Of a stretch of DNA of 64,000 nt, positions 12,901 to 26,944 are shown piece by piece. The stretch is from Felis catus (Eukaryota): positions 166,038,001 through 166,102,000 of the forward strand of contig NC_058368.1 in NCBI RefSeq assembly GCF_018350175.1. The letters run 5' to 3'. Every line of letters starts with the position of its first letter. Positions within the stretch are counted from its first letter, which is position 1. A program made the translations under genes and the position numbers. Under the pieces are notes generated by a model, which saw nothing but the letters and a program-made list of their open reading frames with translations, searched no databases and was not told the origin of the DNA.

Positions 12901-13288
12901 AATGCAAACTGGTGCAGCCAGTATAGAAAACAGCATGGGGTTTCCTCAAAAAAGTTAAAAATAGAACTACCCTAGGATCCAATAATTGCACTACTGGGTA
13001 TTTCCCCCCAAAATACAAACACACTAATTCAAAGAGATACATGCATCCTATGTTTACTGAAACATTATTCACAATGGCCAAGTTACAGAAACAGCCCAAG
13101 TGTCCATCAATAGATAAATGGATAAAGCAGGGTAGTATACATATACAGTGGAATATTACCCAGCCATAAAAGAATAAAATCTTGCCATTTGCAACAACAT
13201 GAAGGAAGTAACAGAGTATAATGCTAAGTGAAAGAAGTCAATCAGGAGAAACAAAAACCATATGATTTCACTTATGTGTGGATTTTAA
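9997..13288 (+). pseudogene. L1 ORF2 remnant (endonuclease, partial RT, C-terminal domain), disrupted
   Basis: MAINTCLSINTLNVKG (EN start), [25 protein letters not shown]...[34 protein letters not shown]...[12 protein letters not shown]; many stops and frameshifts. Confidence 0.95.
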
Positions 13289-13589
13289 GAAACAAAACAA
13301 AGGAGCAAAGGAAAAAAGAGAGGGAGAGAGAGAGAAATTAAGACACAGACTCATAACTAGAGAGAATTAAACTGGCAGTTACCTAAGGAGAGTTGGGTGG
13401 GGATGGGCCAAATAGGTGATGGGGATTTAAGAGTACACTTATCATAATGAGCACTGAGTAATATATAGAATTGTTGAATCACTATATTGTACACCTGAAA
13501 CTAATATAATACTGTATGTTAACTATACTGGAATTAAAATTTTTAAAAATAATAAAAAAATAAAAATAATAAAAATAAAAATAAATGTA

Positions 13590-13945
13590 AAAATTCCAAA
13601 CCCACAGGAACAAATGAAAAGAACCGTAAAGGTAAATAAGATGGCAAACATAATAAAATCTGTAAATACATACTTGCTTCCTTTCTTTCCGCATCTTCTG
13701 TAATCAATTATACAAAGTAGTGGCAATGTATCATTACTTTTGTAGCCTACGTAGATGCAATATATAATGAAAACAGGAGAAAGAAAAAAAGAATGGAGCT
13801 ATAGAGGAGTAGCATCTCTCTCTCTGGAATTAAGTTAGAATAGATCTGAAGTAGGTTCTGATAAACTAAAATGTATGCAGTAAGCCCTGGAACAACCATA
13901 AAAAAATAAAAATTTCAAAATATAATGAAAAACTTAAGAATCCAC
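13590..13945 (+). mobile_element. Old L1 (L1MC/MD-type) ORF1 end and inter-ORF fragment
   Basis: cccacaggaacaaatgaaaagaaccgtaaaggtaaata...aatggagctatagaggag...gtaagccctggaacaacca. Confidence 0.6.
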
Positions 13946-14344
13946 TACAAAACATAAATACACTATGCAGAATAAAAGTTTATAAATGTACCACCCTCGT
14001 TTTTAACCAACATTCTGTGAACACAGATTAAATCTTCTTTAGTAACTTGTGGCCATGATTATGAATATAACTGCCAATGTCAGTGTGTCCAAATCACTAT
14101 AAAACTATGTGAAGTTGAAATATAGAGAACTGTTTATTGTTAATCTAACTGCCTTCTTGTTTTTCCTTTTGTTATATGTCAAGTGATAATCCCTTCTTTC
14201 TGTTCCTATCACAGCACACATTAAAATGAGTTTACTGATTTACATACCTGTCTTATTTATCTTTATCCCCAGCAGCCAGCTTGGGGCACTATAAACACTA
14301 AACACTAAATAAATGTTTCCATAAAGACTAAATAGAGACTTGGA

Positions 14345-14595
14345 GATTAACCACTTGAAGAAGCTAACAGTAAGGACTCTATTTTGAATATTTCCTAAGC
14401 TCCTTGCTGGCTGAACTTGCTCGACAAGGTACTGAAACAATTTCTGGTTCAATTTTCTCATTTATCAACTCGAGATAAATGTAGTGCTTATCTCCTAAAG
14501 TTGTTAGGAAGATTAAATGAGTTACTACCTAAAGATAGCCCTCAGAACTGGATCTGACTTATAATAAACACTATATATGCTTGCCCATATTATTC
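14345..14595 (+). mobile_element. MIR
   Basis: caattttctcatttatcaa...cttatctcctaaagttgttaggaagattaaatgagtta MIR core. Confidence 0.7.
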
Positions 14596-15916
14596 ATGTA
14601 TGCATATGCTAACATTTGTTTTGGTTGCTCTGGTAGATCTTTTGATACTTTATGTTCTCTGTAAATTTGAGATAGCTAAGCTTATGAGATAAATTACTTC
14701 AGGATAAAAATTTACATTTACTTAGTTTTTGCTATTTGTCTTTCTATTCTCCTTGAAGGCTATTCTAATTATAAATAGTAAAGAATAACCACAAAACATA
14801 AGACATTTGTCTTTGCACAGATTTGAGAATATGACCAAAAAGATCTTACTTTGTAATACTAATTTGATAGGGAAGACTCAGTCAAGACAGAGACATACAA
14901 ACAACATGGATCAGGTTTTCTATGTTGTTTTCATCCCCTGTAAATGAACTTGATATGCAACATGTTTTGCAATCTTGTCTTCTTCATACTCATTTATCTG
15001 TTCTCTGTTAAAAGTCCATGTCAGAAAGAGAATGTTGAATTCATACCAAATGCAGAGAGTTCTCAGTGACTGACAGCTGGGAGTAACTTACAGGAATCCT
15101 GTGCTTTTAGAATATTTATCTATTATTTAAAATTCTCCTCAAAGAACATGTAATAATCCTAAGGAGTCCTGCTGAGTAGCAAGAAATCAAGAACAACACT
15201 GAAGAAAATGGACCACGAACGGGTACTCATTTAATGTTTATCATGTCCAAGGGTCCAAGTCACCAGCTCTAGCTTTTATTTATACATTTACTATAACAAA
15301 TATTTTTCTCTACTATGTAAGTCTTTGAGGTCCTAAAGAGTCTTTTGCTTTGGAATTATAAAAGGTATTATAATCTCTTCTTTGTGTGTTCATGCCACCA
15401 CCCACAAACTTTGGAATTCTGCATCAGATTTTTCAAACAGATATTTTGCCAAGGGCCTAGGAAGCTTTCCTGATGAGAAAGAAAATGGAATGTGAAGGGA
15501 GTACAGAAGCCAAACACCGAATCATTTCTACCATTACATATGATACCCTGGACAGTGTATATACAGAGAAAAATTAAAAATTCAAGCATTTTACACATTC
15601 TGAGAAAAATGTTCTAATATGTATGATCTTTGATTTTCTCATGTAGGTGGCAATTTCTCATTAATATCAAAACGTAACTTAGAAATTAATCCTTATATGT
15701 AAGAAGTGTCAGATTCAGTTTGGAAACCTTGAAAATGATGCTCTCTATGGGGCAGTATTTAATAGTATTCTGTTATCCCAAACAAAATTTATATATGGCT
15801 AGTGAAAGTCTCTAATTTACTTCTAGAAAGTTGTTATGTTCTTCATATTCTAACTCCTAATCAGTTTTCCTCTTCCAACTGGAGACGAATCTAATCGAAT
15901 AGCCTAATCTAATCGA

Positions 15917-16095
15917 ATAGTCCTCAACCTTGGCACTATTAACTTTCACAGCTTCCTTATTCTGTATTTTGAGGGGCTGCCTTGTGCATTGTAGGATGGT
16001 TTGCAGCACTCTGCCTCTCTGTACTAGATGAAAAAACCATCCTCCTACAAACTGTAACAATCTAAAATATATCCAGACATTGCCAAATAGCCTAG
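15917..16095 (-). mobile_element. MER20 (hAT-Charlie DNA transposon relic)
   Basis: ctcaaccttggcactatt...gggctgccttgtgcattgtaggatggtttgcagca...tccagacattgccaaat matches antisense MER20. Confidence 0.85.
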
Positions 16096-16111
16096 TCTGA
16101 AAACAAGAGCA

Positions 16112-16500
16112 TCTTAGTTTTAGTACTGTGGAACAGATTACCATAAACTCAGTGGCTTAAAACATTACAAATGTATTTTATCACACTTTCCATGGTAAGG
16201 AGTCTAGTTAGCGGGGTCCTCTGCTCAGGATATTACTACGCTGAAATCAAAGTGCTGGCTGGAGCTTCTCTTCATATCTAGGGATCAGGATTCTCTTCCA
16301 AGCTCACTGATTTGGGCACGATCACTTCCTTATAGTTCTGTCACTGAAGTTCCCATTTTCCCACCACCTGTTACCTGGAACCACTCTTGGCTTCTAGATG
16401 CCAACTTCTGTGACATATGACCCACAAGGGCAGGTAACAACCTGGGTATTCATTTTCTTCTAAGCCAATAAGAATATGTCTCTCTGACTTTAAATCCCCT
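16112..16500 (-). mobile_element. MaLR solo LTR (MLT1D-like)
   Basis: ttaccataaactcagtggcttaaaaca...gggtcctctgctcagg...ctgaaatcaaagtgctggctgg...ctcttccaagctcact. Confidence 0.8.
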
Positions 16501-16644
16501 TCCAATCACTATGATACGGTACTACAGAAGGCAGAAGAAAATTCTTATTTTTAAGAACATGCTATCTATCTACGTAATACATCATGTGGTCTGCAAATTG
16601 CTTTCAAATAGTTCAGCAATTAGTTCATAGATAAATGGGTAGAT

Positions 16645-17051
<407 letters not shown>

Positions 17052-17288
17052 GGGTAGATAAAGTGATAGGGGAAGGGAAGTATACTATTTTCCAGTTGTA
17101 TAAGTTTAAAACTAAGAACTAGACATTTCCATAACTATGCAGAAACAAGGAAGAAGACATGAGTTCAGAGAAGCACTGTTAAAAGTCAATGAAGCAAATA
17201 CTGAAGGCCTCAGCCTAAAGCACCAAAGAGGATAGTTCTCAGAAGCTTAGTAAAACGCCACTGAAATTACTAAAAATTTCTAAGCAGG

Positions 17289-17685
17289 TGTTATGGACTG
17301 AATTACATTCTCTTCAAAACTGTTATGTTGAAGTCCTCACCCCATTATCAAAGAAGGTGACTGTATCTTAAGAATCAACCTTTAAAGAAGTAGTTAAAAT
17401 AAGGTCCTTAAACTCTTCTCTAATCCAATCTTCCTGGTGTTCTTGTAAGAGGAGGAGATTAAGACATACTAATTTAATTTTACAAGTGTCCTTATAAGAA
17501 AGAAGATGAGGACATTCAGAAAGATGTGGGGACATACATCAAAGATGTGAGTGTACAGAGGCATGGACCTGTAAGAACCAAAAAGTTAGAAGGCAGCCAT
17601 CTGAACGCAAAGGGGAGAGGCTTCAGAAGAAATCACCTACTCAGTCTGTGGTATTTTGTTATGGAAGGCCTGGCAAGCTAATACA
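17289..17685 (+). mobile_element. MaLR solo LTR (MLT1B-like)
   Basis: TG...CA termini (tgttatggactgaat...gcaagctaataca); flanks gcagg / gaagg resemble a 5-bp TSD. Confidence 0.85.
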
Positions 17686-18325
17686 GAAGGGTAATCAACT
17701 GCCTTAGTGTGCAGCAGCATACAGCTGATTCTCAAGAAAGTGTCAGGGAAATAAAAAAGAAGAAAGTGCCAGGAAGCAAAAGTAAATCTACATCAGGATG
17801 CAACCATCTCTGGAAAATAATGGAATCTCCTCTTTTACTTTCCAAATCTCATGTGATTCTTGGGATCACATAGGATAGGGGATTCGGGGAAACTGAGTTT
17901 CCAGCTTCTTCTCTGCATGTAGAAGGGATTTGAGAAGATGTTATTGTTGAATCCAAACTGAAAACACAAATGAAGCAAAGTATTGCTAAGAAATTATTTC
18001 CGAAATCTTAGTCTTGCTATTATTTCTGTAGCTGTTTCTTCAGTTCTAGAATTTTATTTTTGCTACACTTAAATCTCCTTTAGTGCTCATATTATTTTTC
18101 TTTTAAGTGTACCTTTCTCCCCAGATGTTCTATTTTGTTACGAGTTGCCTAATCCATATGTTTTGTTTGTATTTTTCACTTGCCTCCTGGGTCTTCCTGG
18201 ATTTGTTATCATTTATTTATTTTTACTTTTGGCCTGTTCATTACATTCTGGGGTAAATGAAAAGATAGTAACAATGATTAATTTCTCCCTTGTCATGGGT
18301 TTATTAGTCAATAGTTTTCAGTACC

Positions 18326-19294
18326 TATAGTAGGTGGGAGACTCCACTCCAGAATACTCTAAGGAGTATTCTTAAGTGGCAAAGCCTAGGGGTTTCTCAG
18401 TTTAGGAAACAGAACATAGAGCATGGGAGGCCTCATTGTGCCCGAACGCCACCCTCCAGAAGACCCCTGAGGAAAGGGTCTCTTCAGTACATTAGGCATA
18501 TTTTTTTTTTACTATCAAAATTCTCACGTAGTTGAGACTTCAAGCCCTCAAAGCTGTCCAGCTCTAGAAAGGAAGATAGGTTCATTTCAAAGTGTTAGGT
18601 AGAAGCTAGACCAAATCAGTGGAAGGAACGACCAAAGGCAAGAGTCCCAAATCCTTGAAGGGGAATGACAGAAACCAGAGCTAGAGGCAAGGATCTTGAT
18701 AAATAGGGTACACATTAAAAGCCTGGGGGCACAACATGCTGACCTTGTGTCTTACAAGACCCTGGGGCTGACAGATCAAGAGCCACAGGTGTAAAGCATC
18801 ACTCTCTCTTCTACCTCTGCTCCAGGGTAACCCTAAGGCTCATTATAATGCATTTGCATTGTGGGTACAGCTCCTGCCAAGAGGAAGAAAGGTTGCCAGG
18901 ATGGTTCCGGTACAAACCTTGTAGGGTCAAAACTCCCCTCCTGTGGAAGGAGTCCCCAAATGATTAGAAGCAGACTCCATTACAGACCACCTCACTGTAT
19001 GTCACAGCTCACCCCTGGTGGCAAGAAATCCAATAATATCCAATCCCAAAACAACCTAGGGGCTGGTTCCACCTCCTGGAGCCTGGCCCATCTCCCACCT
19101 TGAGAGTGTACTTTTGATTTAATAAAAAGCAAAACAAAAACAAAAACAAAAACAAAAACAAAAACCTGGTTTATGTTTCTGGCTTTCCTTCCTGCTGTCT
19201 TTACTCCAGCATAGATCCCTACATGTATCTTCTCATAGGGAATCCAAGGACCTAGACCTCCATTTACACAAAACAGACTCTCCCACTGATAACA
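18326..19294 (+). mobile_element. Probable unclassified ERV-type solo LTR
   Basis: About 970 bp of GC-richer sequence, imperfect terminal inverted motif (gtgggagactc / gactctcccac), AATAAA at 19121 and CA end; no TSD found. Confidence 0.4.
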
Positions 19295-21558
19295 AAAGGT
19301 CATCACACTGTCATCTTTCCAGGCCATGAAAAAAAGCAGAAAGTCGCAGAGCCTGATACTCAATAACAAAAACATAAAACTTTTCATTGACATTTTGAAT
19401 TTCTAATGGTTTCCAAAACTTACAGATAGGACTTAAATGACACAATGACTAAATATTTCTTAGACTACCAACTACTCATCAGCCTACATACCATGGCTAA
19501 TTATCAGAACTGTTTTTGTTTTTCTGGTTTTATTTCACTATATAAAAGTTTAAATCTGTACAAATAAATTAATAAATGAAAGGACCAGATCTCAAAAGAA
19601 GATGGATGAACACAGAATAAAAGAGGATTTCTCATTTGTCATCCGGCTGGAATTAAAAAAAAAAAAAAAACAGACAATGGAAGAAACCTCCTTACTGGAC
19701 AGTAGTTTTCTATTCTTTATACAAGTTGCCTTAATAATAGATAATTATAGCCTGTCTACAGACTTCCTAGAGCTTAAATTGGGTATCATTTTCTTCATTT
19801 CCTGCCTTCAGTCACTTTTACAATTTGTTGAAAAATTTTAAACATCTGCTTAATTCCACTAAAGAGGTGGCTATGTTTTGTTATAAATGAAGCAATCCAT
19901 ATGTTTAGCTTAATTCTTATATGTGTATGTTCAGCACGGTGATTGATATAAATGGGTCTATACATTAAATCACACTTTTATTCACCATTTGAAAAGCCCA
20001 GAGAATTCTGTAAAATTCAGGAATTTCAGATCATGATTTTAAAATGGGCAACTCTATTGTCCTAGGAGACAGGAGCTTCCAAAGCATCATGTCTTACCTG
20101 CTTTCAAGTCAAACTTAGTTTTATTCTTTTGGCACCTGCTCAAGCTTATTACTACATAATTGGCACCAACAGCTGCCTCTGCTGTGTAAACCATATGACC
20201 ATCACACAATCCAGACTCTCGCCATCTTATTTAGTATTAGCTCACTTTTTGTGCAATGAAGTGTACAGTCTGTGGTCACAAAAAGGAAAACCAAAAATAT
20301 AGTATGTAGAATCTTACAATCTTGAATTCAGGAAAATTACGTTCCAAAAATATCCCTTTCAGTATTTGAAGATGATACAGTATCATGTTTTTTAAAGAAA
20401 TGTACAAGTATATACATTACTATGTAGTTTTGGCTTGCTTGTAAATTAAAGGAAAAAAATAAAATTCAAAAATTATTAAAATGAAGCAACAACTACAAAG
20501 GATTCAACTTCTGCATTCAACATTTAAAAAAACAAATTATAAATCTACCTTTACCTTGTGAAGCACAATTTAAAATAATGAACAGGAAAGACATAAAGCT
20601 AAAGAGAACTTTATCAAGATATTACCTTGAAGCATATAGAGTTTTATCCAGTTGATAATAAGGTGAATTGAAATCTCTAATTCAAAGTATATCTCTAGCC
20701 CATCTCCTTTTGGTCCCAGAAACCAAACATTTATTCATCTGCACCCTCAGCGGGATGCAGACCTTTGGCCCATAATGGAATTCACCTTAAGTAAGTTCTT
20801 TAAAAAAACAGATGTTCCTCTTAATCACATCCCGTTAAATGTGCAGTAAGCTTAGAAAATACATCCTGGCTGAGAAAGATACATCTAGAGTAAACAAGGC
20901 CATTTAGGTCTTTGCAACAAGTAATCCTGCCTAATCACTGATTAATTTATTTATGCACTTTCATGTGATGCTACTGAATATCTTTTGAAGTCAATGTATT
21001 ATATTAGGGAAAATACAGAATATGTGGGTCTAATAAGTGATATAATGCACATATAGTCTAACAGAAGATATTAGATAAATATGAATATAAGTGTAAACTT
21101 ACTAACTACGAATACAAATAAATTAATGCATATGATCAATGAACACATACTGTAAAATATCAGTTACTATAGCTGAATTTAACTGTTAACAGAAAACAAA
21201 ATAATTACTTTAAGTGAATGATTTATATCCTCTTCTCTCATGAAAACACCTATTTACTTACAGCCTGATTTATTTTCTTTTTAATATTGAAGAAACAAGA
21301 TTTCTAATGTTTTTCTTACCTATCCATCTTCATTACATATCCTGCCACCAAGACACTGATCATCATGTCTGGAATAAAACCGTACATGGTTTTAGCCCTT
21401 TCACCAACCCACTTTAAATTACTCAAAGATATTAAAATCTATCAGTTTCCTAAAACAAAATTTTCATATCACGGCACTGTTCAGAAAACTAGAGAATTAT
21501 ATTCTTATTTTCTAGAGGGTCTGTGTCTGTGTGTATGTACTTTAAATTGGGTACTGCT

Positions 21559-21781
21559 GGAGCACCTGGGTGGCTCAGTTGGTTGAGCGTCCAACTTCAG
21601 CTCAGCTCATGATCTCACAGTTTGTGGGTTCGAGCCCTGTGTCAGGCTCTGTGCTGACAGCTCGGAGCCTGGAGCCTGCTTCAGATTCTGTGTCTCCCTC
21701 TCTCTCTGTCCCTCCCTGATACAGGCTCTGTCTCTCTCTCGCTCAAAAATAAACCTTAAAAACTTTTTTTAATTAAAAAAA
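21559..21781 (+). mobile_element. CanSINE
   Basis: Full head, CT tract and tail; TSD ttaaattgggtactgct (21542-21558) / ttaaattgggcactgtt (21782-21798). Confidence 0.95.
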
Positions 21782-21939
21782 TTAAATTGGGCACTGTTAG
21801 TTTATGTATTTATGAATAATTTGTTTTACAAATCTTTTTTTTCACCTTTGTAACAGGAACTGTGCTAATAAGCACTGGTGAGAAGAATAACCATCCCATA
21901 GTCCTTGCCCTTTAGCAATTCACATTTCTCTGGTTAAAG

Positions 21940-23770
21940 TTTCTTCTGCTCTTCATTTGCTGAGCGCTTTTTAAAATGAATACATGTTGAATTTTATCAA
22001 ATGTATTTTCCATGTCTATTGAAATTTTTATACAACTTTTCTTTAGTATGTTAGTATGGTGAATCACATTGTCTGGTTTTCAGATGTTGAACTACACTTT
22101 GATTACTAAAAAATTCTACTTGGTCCTAATACATTATTACTTTATACATTGTTAGGTTTTATTTGTTAACATTTTGCTGAGGATTTTGTCTCCGTATTCA
22201 TGATGGATATTTGTAGTGGCTTTCCTTGTAATATTTTTATCTGGTTATGATACATGAATTTTAGACTGATAAATTAAGTTGGGAAATATTTCCTCCCTTT
22301 CCATTTCCTGGAGAGCTTATGCAGAATTGATAGGAGTTCTGCCTTAAACATTTGGTGGAATTCACCAGTGAAACTATCAGGGACTGGGATTTATTTTGCT
22401 GGATATTATCTTATTCATGGTTTTATTTCACCTGGAATGAATTTTGATAGCTTGTATCTTTCAAGGAATTGGTCTATTTCATCTAGTTATTCAAATTTAT
22501 TGCTATAGAATTGTTTATAATATTGCCCTATTATTTTAATATTACAGGGACATGTATTGTCTTCTTTGTTGGTCTTGCTAGGTTTATCAATTTTATTGAT
22601 TAAAAAACCGTTTGGTTTACTGATTTTCTTCATTGTTTGGTTTTCAATTTCACTGATCTCTGCTCTAATCATTACCTTCTTTCAGCATGCTCTAGGTTTA
22701 TTTTGGTCTTCTTTCACTAGTTCTTAAGGTGAAAACATAGTTTATTGATTTTAAATCATTCTGTTCTGATACATGTATTTAATGTTGTAAGTTTCCCACA
22801 AAACACTGTTTTAACTGTACCCCACAGGTACTGATCCATTGTATTTTTGTTTTCATTTAATTCAAAATATTTTTTATATTCTTGAGACTTCCTCTTTGGC
22901 CCATAGATTATTTAGAAGTGCAGTATTTAATTCCCAACTATTTGGGGATTTTACAGATTTTTTTTGTTATTTATATGTAATTTCATTCTATTATGGTCAG
23001 AGAATATGCTTTATATGGTATCTATTTATTTTATTAACAGAAAATTACTATTTTGTTTGCTTTTTTTTTATTACTGAAGTTATAAGATTTCTTCTGCAAT
23101 CATTGCTGTTTAGCCTGGGAAACTTTTTCCTTTAGCTTTTTTCCTCCTTTTTCCTGTTTTTTGTTTTTTGTTTTTTGTTTTTTTTTTTGCCAGTGGGCTA
23201 GTGACAGATGACAGAGTCTTTTAGTTTTCCTTGATTTAAGAATATTTTTTATTTTGTTTTCATTCCAAAAGGGTATTTTTACAGGATACAGAATTCTAGA
23301 TTGGAAAAAATCTTTCCTTTTCTGTTTTTTGTTTGTTTTGTTTTTGTTTTGTTTTATTTCCCTGGTTGATCTGGTTAGAGGTTTGTTGATATTTTAATTA
23401 AACTGACATCTCAAGTGGTTCCAGTGTCAGCTTGGCTTTCAAATCCTTTGCTGTGCTTCCTGGGTTGCTCTATTAAATTTTTCAGTGATGAACCCAGATT
23501 CATTTACCTTTATAGACAGAATTCAGAATCTCTCTTCTCCAGCTCACTGGTCTCCAGGATTTCCCCTATACTCTCCCATGAGCCCCTTACCTAGTCTTCT
23601 GGACAGAAATATTTTGTTTATTTCCTCACTAATTTAGCTTCCCATGCTATAAGAAAACAGGAAAAAATAATGGGAATTTACCCCAAACTCTGTGGACCAT
23701 GGGGTCTCCTTTCTACAATTCCTCTGGCCAGGAAAATGGTTTTTTATCTTAGGCATTTAGGTGCCTTTGA
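21940..23770 (-). mobile_element. Old L1 (L1M) ORF2 and 5' fragments
   Basis: tgttgaattttatcaaatg...tttggtggaattcaccagtgaaactatc; ORF track IRAEISEIEN...NKIDKP...YYKQFYSNKFE is L1 ORF2-like. Confidence 0.85.
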
Positions 23771-25344
23771 TATCCTACACTACTGATGACTTCCTCCTTT
23801 TTAAACACTCTCCTGTCATGAATTCATGAACGATTTTTCTCTTAGGGATTCTATCTTATTTCCATTAATGCTATCAGCTCAGTCTTCAAGTGGCATCACT
23901 TCTGTCAATGTGATCCCATTCTTTTCTGGTCCCTCTTATTTTCCCAAACTCAATAAAAGTTGTGTTTACACAAAACAGACCCTTAAGCTTTTCTCCCATA
24001 TTCCCAACTGAATAAAAGGTTTCCTGGAAATATTTTCAAAAAGTCTACCCTTCGTTGCTGAGTCCATGGTTCTGTTATTTCACCATGAGCTACCACCGCT
24101 TGATTACATTTAGACTAATTTAGCAGGAAGTAAGGAAGCAAACCATAAATCTGAAATATTGCCAAAGAAAGTAAATAAAAAGATAACGAATTAATAAATA
24201 AACAGAAGCTACATCTTTGTGCATACCTATTTTTTAAGTGTACTTGGAAAAATTTTGTAATTTTAATGCAATTTTAAATGTTTTCTTAGAAAATAAAAAT
24301 ATTACACATGGTATCAATCCTCAATTATACTAGTAACAGTTTCAAGTGTTTACAAAATTAAAAATTATTTGCCTTAGTGGAAAAGAACTTTTTATGCTAC
24401 AGTCTTTGTCTTAGATGAATTTCCTCCCCAAACAATAAAAACCTGTTTAATTAAAAATTGAAAATTATGATAATTAAGGAAAGCTTACTTAAAACACAAA
24501 TGTGTACCCTCAAAAGATTACTTTCTAACTAAGTGTAAATAAAGGTGATATTTACCCTATTTTCAAGTGAAAGCCAGAAAACTCATTTTAAGCCACTTTA
24601 GCAATGGTTTTATTCAAATATTGAATATGGTAATAAAAATGGATTTTATTGATGAGTATTTTTAAGAAAAACAAGTCTTTTTCCTCATATTTGTGATTGA
24701 TTCTTATATTACTCAATTGCTATCAGGTTATTTCATACATATATTATTTCATGCCATTTCTTCTTATATGTTCTATGAGTCAGACTCACCTTTTATTTCC
24801 CAACTGGGCACAATTAATGAGATTTTACTACAGATACTGTAGTGTGAAAGTCAATACTAATTAGTAGCTTTACAATACAGAAAGGTGAACTGAAAATTCC
24901 TGTGCTGGAATTATGAAAGAAGAAAATACTGAAACATTGCATATGATGAGAAATAAAGGAACTGAATGGGAAAGAGAAAAAAATGGAATGAACAAAATGT
25001 TCAATTTTATACATAGCTAGAATATAAAATATAACACTTGAAATTTAGGACATGTCTAATTCCTATTGTCAGTGATAATCCAATGCCTCCACTTAATGTT
25101 AAAAGTCTTTCCCAACAAAATTTAGTTTTACCAATAAAGATCTATAAATCCTTAATTTTTATTTAAATCTTTTCCTCTTAAAATATACAGAAAAAACAAT
25201 ATTCTAACACTAGACATGTCCAATACCTTAAAAAAGCTTGGCTGATAATATGACCCTTTGTACATAGTTTATAACATCGTCTTGACTTCATTATATGTTT
25301 TGCCACAGTATAAAAAATAAATTCCTAAGGTAAAATATTTGTAT

Positions 25345-25430
25345 GACTCATCTTTATATCCTGAATAATGCCTAACACAGTGTCCTGAGCACAGAAGGAG
25401 CAAAATAAATGCTTGTTGAATGGATGAGTA
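25345..25430 (+). mobile_element. L2 3' terminus
   Basis: tgcctaacacagtgtcctgagcacagaaggagcaaaataaatgcttgttgaatggatga. Confidence 0.7.
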
Positions 25431-25879
25431 GACCAGATTTTTCAAGGCATTTGACACATGAAGTTGTTTTGTATATGTGTGACATAACTTCCTTTTCCTG
25501 ACTCCAGGTACTTAAAATGTACCTTGCTGCACTATTGGGCAGCATTTTTTTCCCTTTTACTTGCATTAACCCAGGCCCAAGGAAGAACGGAGGTCTAAGA
25601 TGAGAATGCAGAATGGAAAGGTTTCCTTTTGAGCTTCTTTAGATTGTTAAAAAAAAACATGAGAATCAGTGTGATTTTAAGTAAATAATAGAATGTTATC
25701 CCTTCTAATGTTGGATTCCAACATCTCTTGCCCCCTCTGAACAGACATACCAAAAATGTCGGTACCAACTTCCATGAGCTGTAATTGGTATTTACCCAAA
25801 AGAGGTAAAAATTATGTTCACACGGAAACCTGCACATGGATGTTTATAGCATCTTTATTCATAATTGCCCATGCCCAGT

Positions 25880-26935
25880 TCCTAATGAGCTCATCAAAGA
25901 CATTCTTCATTTCTGTTAGTGTTTTTGATCTCTAGCATTTCTTTTGTATTCTTTCTTAGAATTCCTCTCTGCTTACATTAGTCCTCTGTTCTTGCATGAT
26001 GTCTACTTTTCCCCCCATTAAATCCCTTTACAGATTACTTATAGTCTTATATTCCCAGTCTAATAATTCCAACATTTATGCCATATCTGATTCTAGTTCT
26101 GATGCTTATGCAGTCAAACTGGTTCTGTTGTTATCTTGTAATTTTTTTGGTGAAAGGTGAACATGATGCTATGGGTAAAAGGAATTGTAATAGGTCTTTA
26201 ATAATGTAGTTGCAGGGGGAGAAGAAAGGGGAGCCATTATATAGCTTATAAGTATATCTCAGTCTTTTGGATGACCTGTGTCCTTATATAGTGAATGTCA
26301 CCAGAGCTTCTCAGGTGTTTTGTTTTTTGTTGTTTTTGTTTTCTCTCCTTAGGTACGACAGGACAGGTGGAAATCCTGGAGTTGTATATTTCACTTTACC
26401 CAGGAATTCTGGGTTCTGGAAAAACCCCAGGAGGTAAAACGGTTTCCCCTGAGGGTAAGCCTGGTTTATAAGAACAGAATGCTCTGGTGTATTTCAAAAT
26501 GATTCATTTCCCCCTCCTCCTGTTAGAAATTCAAGGTAATTTTTCTCTTACATTCACTGTGAGGACCTGGTAGGCATCCAGGAGGTCAAGTGTCAGGGCC
26601 CTTCTATAACTAGGTCCTCCTAGAGTTTTTAACTCTCAGATTTGTTCACACTCAGCCTCCAGCAATTCATCAGTTAGAGCTGGGATTTCCTGCCCCCAGC
26701 ACTGATTCCCACAGAGGCTTCTACTTGTGAGTTTCTTCCGCTCTGGTCAAGTTTAATTCTCTACATCTACCTGGCTGTCCAATTTGAGAGGCAGCAGTTA
26801 GTCCTGCGATGACTTTATTTCCCTGACAACTCAAAGCAGGTGTTGATTTTTCAGTTTGTTCAACTTGTTAATGATGTTTAGCACAGAGTAGCAGCTTCTA
26901 AGTTCCTTATACTTGGTCTTGAAACCAGAAGTCCC
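25880..26935 (-). mobile_element. Old L1 (L1MC/MD-type) 5'UTR-ORF1 fragment
   Basis: catcaaagacattcttcatttctgttagtgtttttgatctctagcattt...gaaaccagaagtcc (antisense 5' terminus). Confidence 0.75.
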
Positions 26936-26944
26936 AAGCTGGTT

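Larger units (their letters stand above)
7147..13585 (+). mobile_element. Near full-length inactive carnivore LINE-1 with rearranged 5'UTR, RT-core deletion and two SINE insertions
   Basis: 5'UTR, ORF1 and ORF2 remnants, carnivore 3'UTR (gagtacacttatcataatgagcactgagtaa...tgtacacctgaaactaatataa) and A-rich tail at about 13545-13585. Confidence 0.95.
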
